From Catajapyx aquilonaris (lineage: Eukaryota): 64,000 bases of DNA. The notes beneath the pieces were generated by a model, which was given only the letters and a program-made list of their open reading frames with translations, made no database searches and was not told where the DNA came from. The stretch spans positions 1 to 64,000 of the forward strand of contig KZ538286.1 of NCBI GenBank assembly GCA_000934665.2, written 5' to 3'. A program made the translations under genes and the position numbers. Shown piece after piece: positions 63,164 to 64,000 of the stretch. Position 1 is the first letter of the stretch; each line of letters begins with the position of its first letter.

Positions 63164-63620
63164 CAAGGGAAGTGCAAGTGATGTCTGTGGAGTTTCTGAA
63201 TCAAACTTGGCACAATAATATAGGCAGGTAAGTTATTAAAGAAAATGCAAATAATTTTGGCGGATGCCCATAAGGTCAAAAGTTATGACCTCTTGAACTC
63301 ACAAGGGACACTTTCCAAGGTCTCACCGATTTTCTTGAAATTCGGTGCATTGGTAGCCCCCAAAAATGGGTCACCGGGTCATTTTGAGCAGGTCACTTTA
63401 GGTGCGTTTTTCATCCCTTGGGGTGGGCTACCAATGTACCGAATTTCAAGAAAATCGGCGAGACCTTGGAAAGTGTCCCTTGTGAGTTCAAGAGGTCATA
63501 ACTTTTGAACTTATGGGCATCCGCCAAAATTGTTTGCATTTTCTTTAATAACTTACCTGCCTATATTATTGTGCCAAGTTTGATTCAGAAACTCCGCAGA
63601 CATCACTTGCACTTCCCTTG
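63164..63620. mobile_element. Long-TIR (foldback-like) MITE with TAA TSD
   Basis: About 200-bp nearly perfect inverted arms (caagggaagtgcaagtgatg... / ...catcacttgcacttcccttg), a short spacer, and TAA on both flanks (63161-63163 and 63621-63623). Confidence 0.9.
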
Positions 63621-64000
63621 TAAGCAGTCTTTCAGCCCGGGGATTGACCCCAGCTTAGTCATGACTGGCATCTGAGGTCAAGGGTTGTGCCAGCTCTATT
63701 CATCACTCTTGGTGACCACTGTAAGCAGAAGAATTTGACCCAGAACAAGTGGTTCGATCCTCAGATACCCACAGTTCAAACGGGTCCAAACTCGCAGCTG
63801 AAACAATGCTTTTCATTCATACACAATAAAATGTGAATTTCCAACAGTAACTGTTACACCTCCAATCCAATGTAAGAGGCTGTCATAAAAGCGAACGTGC
63901 TGCTGAAGAGCTGCAAGTTATCCAACCATCTGGATGACAAGTAGACGTGATATTCCGCTTGAGGTTAAAAGTAAACGTGGCCGACTGCTAGAGCAAGATG

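Overview
Eukaryotic genomic DNA, most likely a compact-genome arthropod: spliceosomal GT-AG introns mostly about 55-65 nt, a DRE motif, and an arthropod-type Lrrk N-terminus. The gene-dense first 49 kb holds, in order: a two-domain transmembrane C-type lectin (+), lin-28 (+, with a 6.9 kb first intron and probably alternative first exons), DCAF6 (-), WDR3/UTP12 (+), Lrrk ROCO kinase (-), SF3A3 (+), two tandem BDH1-like SDRs (+) and an AKAP7-like 2H-phosphoesterase (-). The last 15 kb is mostly non-coding and contains the first coding exon of a CLCA-like gene (+). There are several MITEs, a tRNA-derived SINE fragment and minisatellites. The most interesting unexplained signal is the lin-28 3' UTR. 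It carries a roughly 150-nt nested RNA stem with strand-specific G:U pairs, hairpin loops with Lin28-type motifs (GAU/GAAG, GGAGA), non-canonical let-7-complementary sites and a miR-9 8mer, which together suggest a structured autoregulatory module. All exon models were read by eye and no database searches were run.
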